Of a DNA stretch of 64,000 nt, positions 1-17,951 are shown piece after piece. Source of the DNA: Neocallimastix sp. 'constans' (taxonomy: Eukaryota). The first letter of the stretch is position 1; every line of letters starts with the position of its first letter. The position numbers were made by a program, and so were the translations under genes. A model generated the notes under the pieces. The model had not been told where the DNA came from. It made no database searches and worked only from the letters and a program-made list of their open reading frames with translations. Where the stretch lies: NCBI GenBank assembly GCA_050613775.1, contig JBODTK010000124.1:186001-250000 (forward strand). Reading direction: 5' to 3'.

Positions 1-1333
1 TCTTGAATATGTTATGGATGGTAAGAATGTCATTATTTACAAGGATGCTACTCCAGATATGGAAGGAACTCCAATGCTTACCTTACAAACTCATCAAGAT
101 ATGATTTGTGTTGCTAAGGATGGTTACGAAATTGATTTCTTAGAACAAGGTGTTGAAAGTTACAATGATGGTACTTACATCAGAAGTAAGGATAATAATA
201 CTTCTCTTGGTGCTGATGATGGTATTGGTGTTTCTATTGTTCTTGCCATTCTTGACAGTAAGACTATCAGTCATGGTCCATTAGAATGTCTTTTCACTTG
301 GGATGAAGAACTAGAATTCAGTGGTGCTATTGCTCTTACTCCAGGAATTCTTAAGGGTAAATATATGGTAAACATTGATTGGGAAACCGATGGTGAACTT
401 TGTATTGGTACAGCTGGTGGTTTAGATGTTGCTGCTAATCTTGCCTACAACATCACTGAAACTCCAAGTGATTACGCTGCCTACAATCTTTCTGTTTCTG
501 GTTTAACAGGTGGTCACAGTGGTGTTGCCATTGTTAATGGTGGATCTAATGCTATTAAACTCTTAGGTGATTTCCTTGCTACTATTTCTGATCTTCGTCT
601 TGCTGCTATTGAAGGTGGTACATTCCCAAATGTCATCGCTATTTCTTCTAAGGCTACTGTTCTTGTTCCAGAAACTCAAAAAGCTGAATTTGAAACTAAA
701 TGGAAAAAATATGTTGCTGAAGTTAAAGAAAAATATGCTGCTGTTGATCCAGACATGGAATTAACTATTGCTGAAGCTAAAACTCCAAAGGAAAGTATGA
801 CTGAAGCTCAAACTAAAGCAGTCTTTGCTGGTCTTGCTAATGCTGCTCAAGGTGTCACTGAATGGAGTGAAACTGTTAAAGATATTTTCGAAACTTCTAA
901 CAATGTTGGTTCAATCACCATGAAGGATGGTACCTTAAATATTGAATATTTAGTTCGTGGTTTCAACAATGACAATATTGCTAAATTAGCTGATAATGTC
1001 ATTGAAGGTTTTGAAGGTAGTAAGGTTGGTTTCACCACCAGAAAGTATGGTGCTTTCTCTCCATGGAATCCACCATTAGATTCTCCTTTAATGAACTATG
1101 CTCGTAACATTTACCAAGAACACTTTGGTAAACCAATCAGTCTTCGTAAAGTTGGAGGTGGACTTGAATTATCTGAATTTGCTGTTGCCTACCCAGACAT
1201 GCAATTCATTAGTTATGGTCCAACTGTTAATGATCCACACACTATTAATGAAACTGTTGAAGTTAAGACAGTTAAGAGCACCTGGGAATACACAGTTGAA
1301 TTACTTCGTAATGTTAAACAACTTAAAAACTAA
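1..1333 (+). CDS. pepD: Aminoacyl-histidine dipeptidase (peptidase D, M20C family), 5'-partial; intronless in the visible part
   Basis: The frame is open from the window edge (ctt gaa tat gtt ATG). PepD motifs: NVIIYKDATP, LQTHQDM (His ligand), LGADDGIG, FTWDEE, NIDWE, GGHSG, ETSNNVG, GLE, PHT. Codon usage resembles highly expressed host genes. Confidence 0.9.
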   Translation, partial: LEYVMDGKNVIIYKDATPDMEGTPMLTLQTHQDMICVAKDGYEIDFLEQGVESYNDGTYIRSKDNNTSLGADDGIGVSIVLAILDSKTISHGPLECLFTWDEELEFSGAIALTPGILKGKYMVNIDWETDGELCIGTAGGLDVAANLAYNITETPSDYAAYNLSVSGLTGGHSGVAIVNGGSNAIKLLGDFLATISDLRLAAIEGGTFPNVIAISSKATVLVPETQKAEFETKWKKYVAEVKEKYAAVDPDMELTIAEAKTPKESMTEAQTKAVFAGLANAAQGVTEWSETVKDIFETSNNVGSITMKDGTLNIEYLVRGFNNDNIAKLADNVIEGFEGSKVGFTTRKYGAFSPWNPPLDSPLMNYARNIYQEHFGKPISLRKVGGGLELSEFAVAYPDMQFISYGPTVNDPHTINETVEVKTVKSTWEYTVELLRNVKQLKN

Positions 1334-2139
1334 AAACTCTTATAAATAAGAAATATTTTTTGCTTATTTTAATTTATTTATATATTTAATTATATTATCT
1401 AAAAAATATATATAAAAAAAATAGAAATAAATTTTAGAATAATATTAATTAAATTAAAAAAAATAATAATAATAATAGACGTATTATAAAAGAAAATTAA
1501 AAATAAGAATAATTAAAAAGAAATAAATAATTATGGTAATATTAAGGATTGTATAGATTATTTATGATAAAACCAATATAATAATATGTATTTGTGTAAT
1601 CAATTTTTTTAAAAAAAATCTATATAATAATAATATACTATAATAAAAATATAAAATATTTATATTTTAATTATTTTTGTTTTTAAAAAATTTTTTCTTT
1701 ATGATAGATAAAAAATATAATCTAAATAAAATAGAATATTTATTAAAAAATATATATAGAGAGAGAATAAAAATTAATCAAAATAAAATAAAAAAAATAA
1801 AAAAATAAAAAATAAAAAATAAAAAATAAAAACGAGAGTTTAAAAAGTATTTATATAAAATTTTTTTTTTTATTTATTTATTTATTTATTTATACTTTCA
1901 TACTACATAAATTGTTGTTTATATTTATATCAGTTTTTAATAATTTTTTTTTAAATTAATAATTTATTTAATACTAATTTAATATTAAAAGCATAAAATG
2001 GTATATACATTTCTTTCATATATAAAAAATACTTTTATTTAAAGTGTTCATATAAGAAATATTTAAATAGAAAACTAATTTTATGAGGAAAATATAAATA
2101 TATATTTAGTAGACAATATCATTTAAGGTTTCTATTTTA

Positions 2140-3470
2140 TTCTAAAAAAGGATTTCTTAAAAATCCTCATATTCCTATCTCATATAAACGAATGTTGTTT
2201 TCTACTATAGTAATTAGGCAAGTTTCGTATTATGAATCTTCATTGATCAAACAAAGAAAGAACGAGAAGTACACAAACACTAGTTAATATTCAGGATTAA
2301 ACTGGATTTATGGATTTTCCAAGGCGAAAATCTTTTCATCACTTTATTGTGTTTCTAAAGAACTTAGCATTCCTCCTCTATTGGGGAAATGTGCCATTGT
2401 TCAGGTAAAGTATTTAAAAAAATGGAAAAACTCGAAATATATTATCTCTGATTCACATTGAGAGATTTCAAGTTGTAGACGTCATGCATGGAATAAAAAA
2501 AGTAAAACAGACAAATTAGATAAATTTCCATCCAAAAAAAAAAGCAATTGTAAACTTTTACTGGGATAAAGATATGGCAGAAAAATCAATCGAGTCTAAA
2601 GGTTATAAAGAAAAATGAATTTGAGAAAAACTAGAGACTACTTAAAACTCAACTTTAAGTATCCTTAATACAGTATTGTCAATCGATGGGTACTTCGTGC
2701 CAGATGTGGATATAAATTTGATGAATAAGTTGCCAAAGCTGCTAATTGGATTGAAGACGACTGTCCAGAACGGTGTTCTTGTTGTTAGAGAGAAAAAAGT
2801 AATCCTCAATTGGAACATTGGTTTTCTAAATATCATCTTTACTATGAATTCTGAATGAAATATGTTATGAGTATTGAAATTCTTAATGAAAAAATTTTTT
2901 TTAAATTACAAAATAATGTCCTATATCAAATAGTTATGTAAACAGTGTTGTCATAAATATGAATAATATAGAATAAAGTAATGATTGTGATAGTAGTAAC
3001 GAGGTGTATAATGTTAATAATAATAGCCATAAGAACAGTATTGTTAATAATAGTAATACTATTAATAGTGAAAATAAGAGTATTAATATATTAGTGATAG
3101 TGAAACTAATAGTATTGTTACTAATAATGTAGTGACAAGATCAATTGATAAAAATCGTGTTATATATTAGTTTTTTTTTTTAATTGTGTGTGTAAATATA
3201 AATGTGATATGGTACCGATTATATAGCTTCTTCCTTCTTGGTAGAAGAGATGCAGACAACGTTAATTTAAATTATAAAAAGGAATGGGATGTTTTGCTTA
3301 ATAACCAAATCATTTCTGATGATTATTCTAAAATGCCATTTTTTGTGGGTGCGATCTGTTGCTCTCTTTTACAGAAATTATGCCTAAGGCTAGTACTCCA
3401 TATAGATTACTAATCCAACTCAATAAGAATAAATAATCAAAGAACGTCAACGCGGAAATTGCAGTTAAAC
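2140..3470 (+). mobile_element. Degenerate LINE (non-LTR retrotransposon) 3' fragment
   Basis: Broken frames give SKELSIPPL.GKCA..QVK..KKWKNS, FYWDKDMA, a CPERCSCC zinc-finger remnant, FLLG and KNVNAE. These are homologous to 31750-32910 and 56900-57930. Boundaries are approximate. Confidence 0.8.
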
Positions 3471-3870
3471 AGAGCACCTAGAAATACACTGTTAAATTAC
3501 TTCGTAATAAATTAAAAAAAAAAAACTCGAAAATTAAAAACTCTAATAAATTTAAAATTTTTTTTTTTTTTTATTTTATTTTAATTTATTTATATGTTTA
3601 ATTATATTATATAATTATATATAATTATATATATAAAGCTAGAATTTTAGGAAGATATAATTAAAAAAAAAAAAAAAAAAAAAAAATTAATAGACATATT
3701 TTAATAAAATAAAAATACGAATAATTAAAAAATAAATAGATATTTTATAGTAATACTAAGGATTGTATAGATTATTTATGATATAAACAATATATGTATT
3801 TGTGTAAAGCTTTTGTATATATATATAATATTTAAATCATTGTTTATTATATTTATATCTTAGTTTTAAT

Positions 3871-3933
<63 letters not shown>

Positions 3934-4072
3934 TTATTTAATATTAAAAAAAAAAAAAAATTATATTTCTTTCTTATATAAACACTTTAACATAAGGTGT
4001 TTATATACAAAACGAAAGGTTTAAAGAGGAAATTATTTTTATGGGGAAAATATAAATATTTGTTTGTAGACC
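3462..4072 (+). pseudogene. Relic duplicate of the pepD 3' end and its downstream flank
   Basis: agagcacctagaaatacactgttaaattacttcgtaat (from 3471) matches pepD agagcacctgggaatacacagttgaattacttcgtaat (from 1275). Blocks 3690-3810 and 3965-4072 match 1475-1600 and 2008-2114. Confidence 0.75.
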
Positions 4073-4706
4073 TTTTATGAAATAATAAATAAATAAATAA
4101 TTAATTATTTATACCAAACAATTAATAATTTCTAATAGAATTAATAACTATAAAAAATCAATATAAAAAAAATATATAATACATTTAGTATTTAATGTAG
4201 AATATAGTTGTAAATGTAATTGTGGTTATAGCTGTTAGTTGTAATTGTAGTTTATTTTTTGTTTTGTTTTGTTTTGTTTCTGAAGTATCATCCATTTAAT
4301 AAATTAATATTTTTTTTTTAAAAAAAAAAGTATATAATACATTTAATATATAATACATTTAATATATATATTAACATTTTTTATATTTATATATATATAT
4401 ATATTTTAAAAAAAAAATATAAAAAATTATTATTTGATAATTTTAAACCTTTTATACATTAAAAGGTGTATTAAAAATTATAATTTATTAATTAATATAG
4501 CATCTGAGGTATAATAAATATATTATAAAATTATTTATATTATTATAATTTTAAAATTAATGATAATTATAAATAATTATAAAATTTATTATTTCTTTAA
4601 CATTAAATTGATTTATTTTTTTATTTCTACTTTTAAATTCCATATTCCATTCCATAATTCATAATTAATTATTTTTTAATGTATTTTCTTAATGTGCTTG
4701 GGTAAT

Positions 4707-4754
<48 letters not shown>

Positions 4755-4786
4755 TAACAAATTGAAATAAAAAGAAATAATTTAAA

Positions 4787-8762
<3,976 letters not shown>

Positions 8763-9266
8763 TTAAAATGTGTATATTATTTTTAAAAATAAATAAATAA
8801 ATTATTACTATTATTAAAATATTAATAATGATAATAATAATAACTAAATAATAATTTATAATAATTTCAAAATGATTATAATTAATAATAAAAGAAAAAA
8901 CGAAAAATAAAAAAATTTATATATACATTTAAATACATTTATATGTATAGTAATACATAAATGTAATAAAATATTATAAAATGAAAATATCTAACTTAAT
9001 CATACTAATTATTATAAATTATTAATTAACTAAAAACTGAAGAATTAAAAATAAAAAAGAAAAATAAATAAATAAATAAATAAATAAATATAATAATTAA
9101 TATGTAAATAAAAATCTTTAAAAAAAAAAAAAAAAAAATTAACAATAAATTGAATAATTAAAAATAATAAAATAATAATAATAATTATTATATAAAAAAA
9201 TTTTTTTTATTATACATTTTTTAAAATAAGGTTCTAAATATAATAAACTTTTTATTTTTTAATTTT

Positions 9267-9299
<33 letters not shown>

Positions 9300-9943
9300 T
9301 TTTAATTAAATTCCATATCCTTTTTTATTTTATATTATTATTATTATTATTTATATTAATTTTATTTTTTTTCTTTTTTATTTTTTTTTTTTTAATTAAA
9401 AAATATATTAAAAAAAATAATAAAAATAAAAAAAATAAAAATAAATATATAAAATATATAATATATATATATATATATGATGTCCACGAAAAGAAATTTC
9501 ATTTATTTAATTTATTTAATATAAAATAAAATAAAAAATAATAATTATAATTATAAAATAAAAAAAAATAAAAAAAAAAAAAAAAGATTATGAAATATTT
9601 AAAAATAACCAATGTTTTAGTTAATAATATATATGTAGATATATAGATATTTATTCATTATTATTAATTTAATGTCTTTATATTTATTGATTTTTTTTTT
9701 ACATATATATATATATGTTTTAAAAATTTTTTTTTACTTTATATACTATACTATAACTATTATATATTATATATTATACATATCCTATTTATAAAATATA
9801 AACCGACGATATATATATATATATAGTGATATATAAAACATAAAACAATACATGCAAGTTATACATAACGCCTCAGTATCACTCCATATTACATAAAAAT
9901 TAAGTCTACAATAACTTAAAATAAAGAATAATAATAGCAAAAT

Positions 9944-9974
<31 letters not shown>

Positions 9975-9978
<4 letters not shown>

Positions 9979-12485
9979 ATGAAATAACACTTAATACAAT
10001 TAATACTATACTAAAGGAACAGATTAGAGAAAATAATGAATTAATTGAAACAAGAAATAAAATTCTTGAAATTATTAAAAGAAATGATATAGAGGAACTA
10101 GAAAAATATGTAAAAGATCATAACCTACTATTAAATACTTTAAATAATAAAAGTTTTGATATCTTAATTTATGCTATTGAAAATAAAGCCTCTAATGACA
10201 TGATTCAATGGATGATTCATCAGTCTAATTATAGCACCTTTAATTATCAGATATTTATGAATAATGATTTTAAGACACCTCTTTTTTCCGCTTTGGCTAA
10301 AAATAACTTTAAAGTGGCAGATTGTTTAATAAAAAGAAAAGCAGATGTTAATTTTTTAGATCATGACCTTATTCATCACTTAAATCAATTGGAATTGTTA
10401 GATAAAAAAAATTTAAAATTTATTTTGAATCATGGGTATCATGTGAAGGGAATCACGTCTCAGGATATTCTTCATTTCATTGATACCTATCAAACTGATT
10501 TATTAGATATCATTTTTAAACATTATATCTTCGATAATGACTTCATTCTCTATCTTCTTAAAACTTATCATCAAAAAAACCCTTTATCAGATACCCAGTT
10601 GGAGCATGCTCTCATGAGAGAAAGACATAAAATCATGATTACAGAGGAGATGTATGAAAGAGTCGATACTTCTTCAAATTATGAAGCAATAAAACCATTA
10701 TTTGAAAATGATAATAAGGATAAGGATAATATTTTGTGTAAAATTAATCACTATGAAATTTTAGAAAAAGCTATTCTCATCGATGATTATTCCTTCGTGA
10801 AGGAAGTACTTCATTATAAGAAGTTAAATTGTAAAAGTTACACGTATGAATCTAATTTTATGGAGGCTAATAATTTAAGTAATTTGGATATCCTAAAATT
10901 ATTAATTGATTCTTCAGTTGAGGCAATGCCAACTGTAGATGTAAATGTCGATGGTAAGAAGAAGGATTCTGGTTCTCAGAAGGTTCATGATCCTCGCTAC
11001 TTTAATTTATTATTAAATATTTTAATAAGAATGGAAAATATATTGCTGATAAACTATTTATTGAAAAATAATCCATCCGATGTTAATCTAAACTCAAAGG
11101 ATATCAATGGAGAGTATCCTATATTTAATGCTTATCACAGAAATAGAAAGGATATTTTTAATTACCTGTTAGATTATGATTTTGATTGTAATATCAAAAA
11201 TAATAATGTTTCATTATTATCCTTAGCTATATCAAATAATGAATATGAACTTATTAAATATCTATTAAAGCATAATGCTAATATTAAAGAAACCGATATT
11301 AATGGAAATTACCCGTTGATTAAAGCAATTTATCAAAACGCGATTGATATCGTGATATTATTAGTCGAATATGCCAATGAACATGAAATAGATATGAATG
11401 TCACAGATATCAATGGAAATACCCCTCTTACCCTATCCTATCGATTAAATTATAAAACCATTTTTAAATATTTAGTTTGTTATCTAGATATCAATATGAG
11501 AGATTCTAATGGCAATAACATTCTGTATTATGCCATTGAAGATGAGGATCTAGAAACAATACGGTATTTAATTCATAATAAAATTGATGTTCATTCCATC
11601 AATAATTTAAATATTTCACCTTTTGATTGTGCTATCATCAAAGGAAAAAAAATATTAACTCTACTCCTAGAAAATTCTAATAATAGTGATATCGCATTTA
11701 ATGTTCCAAACTCAAAAAATGAAACCCCGCTCATCACCATCATTAAAAGTAAAAATTATAGCTTAAAAGAAAAAGAAAATATTATTTCCATGTTGATAGC
11801 GAAAGGGGCTAATGTGAATTTTATTGATGAAAAAGACATGACCCCTTTAATCTATGCTATTCAGGAAAAATCTTTATCCTTGGTTCAAATGTTAGTTAAA
11901 AATGGGGCCAATGTCAATCACTGTAATCCAAGTGATTCGTGTAAGACTATACTGAAATATGCCATTGATTCAAATCAATATGAAATCGTAAAATATTTAG
12001 TACAATGTAATGCTAATATCAATTTTGATAATCCATATTCACTATCCCTTTTCGGAAATACATTTAAAGAGATTGATAAGATTGATGTTCATATCTTAGA
12101 ATATATCATAGTAAAAATGGATGTTAAATACATCACTGGAGTTATGCTCTATAAAATCATACGACAAGGAAATTTGAAGATTTTAAAGAGTTTAATCGAA
12201 CGAAAATTAGATGTCAATATGAAAGATAGTGAAGGAGACTCACTGTTAGCAATTGCTATATTCTATAAGGATGAGTCCATTGTACGATATTTAATTGAAT
12301 GTGAAGGAGTAGACTTTAATAGTGAAAATAAACGAGGTAAAAGTATTGCGGATTATAATGAAGAATACTTTGGTAAAAATAATTCTTATGAAGATATTTA
12401 TAATAGAGTTCAACAACGTATCAACGACAGTTCAAGTACTACTACTTCTTCAGATAATATATCATCAACAGCTACCATTTTTTAA
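9975..12485 (+). CDS. Intronless ankyrin-repeat protein (836 aa)
   Basis: Many ankyrin repeats (DINGNYPLIKAI, DINGNTPLTLSY, DSNGNNILYYAI, GANVNFIDEKDMTPLIYAI, DSEGDSLLAIAI). Uninterrupted 2.5-kb ORF. Confidence 0.9.
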
Positions 12486-12537
12486 GTAATATTAAATTCT
12501 AATAATTAAAATAAAATAAAATAAAATACATACATAT

Positions 12538-12775
12538 ATAAAATAACTATATCAATATATATTATTATATAAATTATATATATATATATAAAATAACTAT
12601 ATCAATATATATTATTATATAAATTATATATATATATATAAAATAACTATATCAATATATATTATATAAATTATAGTAAATAAAGTATGTATATGAATAT
12701 ATATATATATATATATAATAACTATATCAATATATATTATATAAATTATAGTAAATAAAGTATAAATATGAATAC
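12538..12775. repeat. About 50-bp tandem minisatellite (aaataactatatcaatatatattattatataaattata...), about 4 copies
   Basis: Unit recurs at about 12541, 12591, 12641 and 12716. Confidence 0.8.
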
Positions 12776-14295
12776 TAATTTTAATAATTTAGACATAGAA
12801 TAAAATGAAATAAAATAAAAATAAAAAAGTGTAAAATTTTAATTAATTATTAATAAAAAAAAAAATAATAAAGTGATTATTTTTGGACATGATATTATAT
12901 TACTATTACTCTTTATGTAATTATATCAATAACTTAAAAATAAATTGTTAACCTATTCATATTTTTCACTAAATATTATTATAACTTTTTAACATATAAC
13001 ATATAATATTTTTCACTAAATAATATATAAATTACAAATTATTAAATTTGCAAAAAATAATAAGAATTTTTTTTTTTTTTTTTGATAATTTTATGTATAA
13101 AAGTATTTTTTATAAATGAAATATTAAAAAGTTTACTAATATAAAATAATTTTTATTATTCAAACATAAATTAATGACATAAATCAAATTTAAATCTAAT
13201 GATTTTATAATATATTCTTAATAAGTGACGTGACTTGATTTTCAAATATTAATTATAATTAATAAAATAAGAAATAATAAAATCTGTAACATAAATCAAT
13301 GTTATTCATAGGTTATTTGACATAGATTTATGACTGTTTTTAGCATAAAATGGCACCCAAATGCATGTGGTTTTTAATATGTGTTTTACTGTTTTTTTTG
13401 CATCAAAATGTATCCAAATCCAAAGTCATGTGATATAGTTATAGTTTTACTAAAAAAAACATTCTCATAATATCAGACATTTTAATTCTTTTTTTTTTTT
13501 TTTTTTATATTTATCATATATATAGTTATTAAATATTTCCTAAAATAACATATAAATAAAGCATTTTCTCTGAATTAAGAGAAACGTGTAAGAAAGTTAT
13601 TAGATAGTTTTAAATGTATAATCAAAAAATGTAATCATAATAATAAAATTAAATAATTAAATAATACTTTAATAAATTTAATAAATTAATTCCAACAATA
13701 CCCAAGGTTATATTAATTTTAAATATATATATATATTATTTTTATATTATACATATTCAATATATTCAATATATTGAATATGTAATATAAAAATAATATC
13801 AAAATAAAGTTATAAAACAGAAAATGGACGGATTTAAAAAATTGACATTTGGTATTTATTTATTTTAAATTTTATAAAAATGCTGTAACATATAATATTT
13901 TCACTAATAATAAAAAATTATTATTAATGAAAAAAAAAAAAAAAAAAAAAAAAAGAAGTAATAAAAAATTATTATTAGTAAAAAAACAAAAAAAAAAAAA
14001 GAAATAATAAAAAATTATTATTATTATTGGGAAAAAAAAAAAAGGAAATAATAAAAAATTATTATTATTGGAAAAAAAAAAAAAAAAGAATAAAAAATTA
14101 TTATTATTGGGAAAAAAAAAAAAAAAAAAAAAAAGAAGTAATAAAAAATTATTATTTCTTTTTTTTTTTTTTTTTAATTTCTTCTGTTAAATATATGATT
14201 TATAAATAATTCCAAAATTCATATTAATTAAGAGTCTTCTTTCCATATTTAGTTAGCTTATTAATGCTATATTAATGCTATATTAATGCTATGTC

Positions 14296-14327
<32 letters not shown>

Positions 14328-14506
14328 GATAATTGAATCGATTGATAATAATAAAATAAATTAATTCACAAAAAAAGTAATCATTGTTAGAGGCTCGATG
14401 ACAGTAGATGTTCGATCTATTAATATCTATAGTCTTTTAATTTTGAACCATCAATATTGATTTTTCTTTAAAAATTGGATATATATCTTAATTTTTTTTA
14501 AATATC

Positions 14507-14556
<50 letters not shown>

Positions 14557-15162
14557 AAGAATTAATATATTAATATATAATTAAATAACTATTGTATTAT
14601 TAAATATTCAAAAAAAATAAAAAAATAAAAATAAAAAAAAAAAAAGAAAAAAAAAAGAAAAATAAAAATAAAAATAATAATAATAATAATTATAATAATA
14701 AATAATTATAAATAAAATAAAATAAATACTAATATTTCGAAAATATAATTAAATAATTATTTTTTGTTTTTTGTATTATTAAGTATCTGTAAATTATATA
14801 AATTAATAAAATAATAATAATAATAAAACAGAACTATAAAAAAAAAAAAAAAAAAAAAAAGGAGGGACTGAAAAAATGTCCATTTTTTAATATATATATA
14901 TTAAAAATAAAAAATTTAATAATTATGTCCAAACATTTAACTTTTTAATTTAATTTTTTTTTTTAAAAATAAAAATTTTTTTATATAAATAATAAATAAA
15001 AATCTTTTTTTTTTTTTTTATTTTTATTTTTATTTTTATTTTTATTTTTATTTTTATTTTTAAATTTAGTTATTTAAAAATATTAAAATATTTATTTATT
15101 TAATAATATTTTTTTTTCTTTTTTTATAAATTTTCTATTTTTAAGCTTTTTTATATTTAAAA

Positions 15163-17341
15163 ATGAATACTATTCAAAAAAGTACCATAAAAGAATTTAT
15201 TCAAAATAACGATTTATCTAATTTAAAGGAATATATTAATGAAAACAATATACAATTTTTACCTAATGATTTTGTAGAATTATTTATGGTTGAAAAGGGA
15301 AAGAATGAAAAAGATAACAGAAATTTTTTAACATTAGAAAAAAAAGATATTATTGAATTTACTTTTGGATTAATTATGAAAAATTTAAATTGTCCTTCTG
15401 ATATCATTGATCTCTTTGTACATTTACTTGCTAATGACAATTATGAAATTGTGAACTTATTAAAAGAACATGAGACTAAAATAAACCAAAAAATAAATAC
15501 GATTAAAGTTATGGAAGAATTATTAGACAAAAATAAATTAACAAAGAAAAATTTGTTATATCTGTTATCAAAAAAAGATTTAGATATTGTAATGCTTACT
15601 GATTTTATTTGTAAATTAATAAGATCTAAAAATAATAATAAATTATTAAAAATAATATTCAAGTTCTTTTCTGTAAGGAATTCTAAGACAATTAATTTTT
15701 TAAATGCCTACAAAAATTGTCGAAATTTATCCAAAAAAGCCTTATTGAATATTATTGAAAGTAAAACAAATAAAATTATGGTAACTGATAAAATGTATGA
15801 AAATGCTATCATAGCTCAAAATTATGATGCTATAAAAATATTATTTAATAATGATTATAGTGATAATGATGAAATGTTTGCCAGAATTAATTATTATGAT
15901 TTGTTAGATAAAGCCATACGAATTAACGATAAAAATTTTGTTGAAAAAATTTTAAGATATGATAATTTTAAATTAAATAATATTACTTCGGGAAATATAA
16001 TAGTTCAAACTATTAAAAATAATAATGAGGAAATTATGGATTTACTTGTTAAATCTTCATTAAAAAATTGTACTGGTATGAATGATCCCACTCCATATTT
16101 AAATTTATATATTAATATTGCTATAGAAATTAGATGTTTATCATTTTTAAAATATATTATGGAAGAAAGTGCCATTAAGGATAAAATAGATATAAATGTA
16201 AAAGATATTTATAATAAATATCCAATAATCACTGCAATTTATGCTTGTAACCTTGATATATTTAAATATTTACTAGATAATGATATAAATACTAATGTTA
16301 AAAATTATGAAAGAAGGTCATTACTCTCCTTAGCTATCGATACCTTCCCAGGCACTGTAAAATATTTATTGAGAACTCCGAATATTAATATTAATGAAAA
16401 GGATCCTAATGGAGATTATCCTCTTTTAAAAGCCATCTACAAAAATGACTATAATCTCACCATTTTATTATATAATTATGCTCATAAGAATGGAATAGAT
16501 ATAAATATTAAAGATAGGAATGGTAATGCCCCATTAATGATTTCTTACAAATTAAATTATCAACAAATTTTCAGATTTTTACTAATGTTTTGTGATGTTA
16601 ATGAAAAAGATGCTTCTGGAAATACCATATTATACTATGCTATTCTAAATAAACATATTGGAACAGTAAAATATTTAATAAATCATGGAGCAGATGTAAA
16701 TTGTACAGATAATATCGGTAATACCTTATTTGATAATGCGATATCCACAGGAAATAAGGAGATTATTATTTCTTTAATTCAAAGTAAGAATTTATTACTT
16801 AATAAACCAAACTGTAATGGAGAGACTCCACTTTGTAGTATTATTAATAATAATTATTTAGTTATTGAAGATAAAGAAATAATTATTTCTGAACTTGTTA
16901 AAAAAGGAGCAAATGTTAATTTTGAAGATGATAAAGGAAATACACCTTTAATTTATGCTATTCAAAAAAACTATTTAAATATTTCAAAATACTTAATTGA
17001 AAATGGTGCCAATGTTAATCACATTAATAAACAACATCAATCTGCATTAATGGAAGCCATTAAAAATGATGAACTATCCGTTGTAAAATTTTTAATTAAA
17101 TATGGAGCATTTATTAATTATAATAATAATAATAATGGAGAAAATGCCTTTAGTTTATCTCTAAAAAAAGAAAAGGAAAAGGATAATTATATCATATTCG
17201 AATATCTCATAAATTATAATGTTAATAATTGTCCCCATGAACTTATTGATAATCTTAAAAAGTTGGATAATCAAAAATTATTAAGTATGATAAGAAATAA
17301 TCACCCCATCTATAAAATAGAAAATAATTCATTAACAAATA

Positions 17342-17349
<8 letters not shown>
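15163..17349 (+). CDS. Intronless ankyrin-repeat protein (728 aa), paralog of 9975-12485
   Basis: Ankyrin repeats (DPNGDYPLLKAI, DRNGNAPLMISY, DASGNTILYYAI, GANVNFEDDKGNTPLIYAI) collinear with the upstream paralog. Shared N-terminal block KIM.T..MYE....NY.AIK.LF.ND. Confidence 0.9.
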
Positions 17350-17393
<44 letters not shown>

Positions 17394-17429
17394 CAAATAA
17401 TCGATTTAAATTTAAGAATTGAAATATAT

Positions 17430-17880
17430 TTATTTGTCCTTCCGATACCAGTACTTTTTTTGTGTATTTACTTGCTAATGAAAATTTTTAAAATTGTGAA
17501 CTTATTAATAAAATATGAGACTTAACTAAACCAAGAAAAATAAATAAGATTAAAGTTAAAGAAGAATTATTAGAAATAAATAAAAAATAATAAAAAATGA
17601 AAAATAAAAAAAAAATTAACAAAGAAAAATTTAATATATTTGTTATCAAAAGGAGATATAAATGTTTTAATGCATACTGATTTAATTTATAAATTAATAA
17701 GATCTAAAAAATAGTAATAAATTATGAAAAGTAATTTTCATGTTCTTTTCTGTAAAGGAATTCTAAGACAATTAGTTTTTTTAAATGCATATAAAAATCA
17801 TCGAAATTTATCCAAAAAATAAAAAGCCTTATTTAAATATTATTGAAAGTAAAACAAATAAAATTTTGGTAATTGATAAA
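17430..17880 (+). pseudogene. Frameshifted partial duplicate of the ankyrin gene (copy of about 15385-15792)
   Basis: Shared strings ttgtccttc, catttacttgctaatga (gtatttacttgctaatga here), gaacttatta, aaattaataagatctaaaaat, ggaattctaagacaatta and tattattgaaagtaaaacaaataaaatt, with indels. Confidence 0.85.
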
Positions 17881-17951
17881 TAATTGATTCAAATTAGGAA
17901 TTGAAATATATAAGATATATAGGTATAAATATATAATGATATATATATATG

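Noticed and set aside
13735..13797. About 60-bp near-perfect palindrome
   Set aside because: Almost pure A/T, no TSD or other support; probably a local fold-back duplication.
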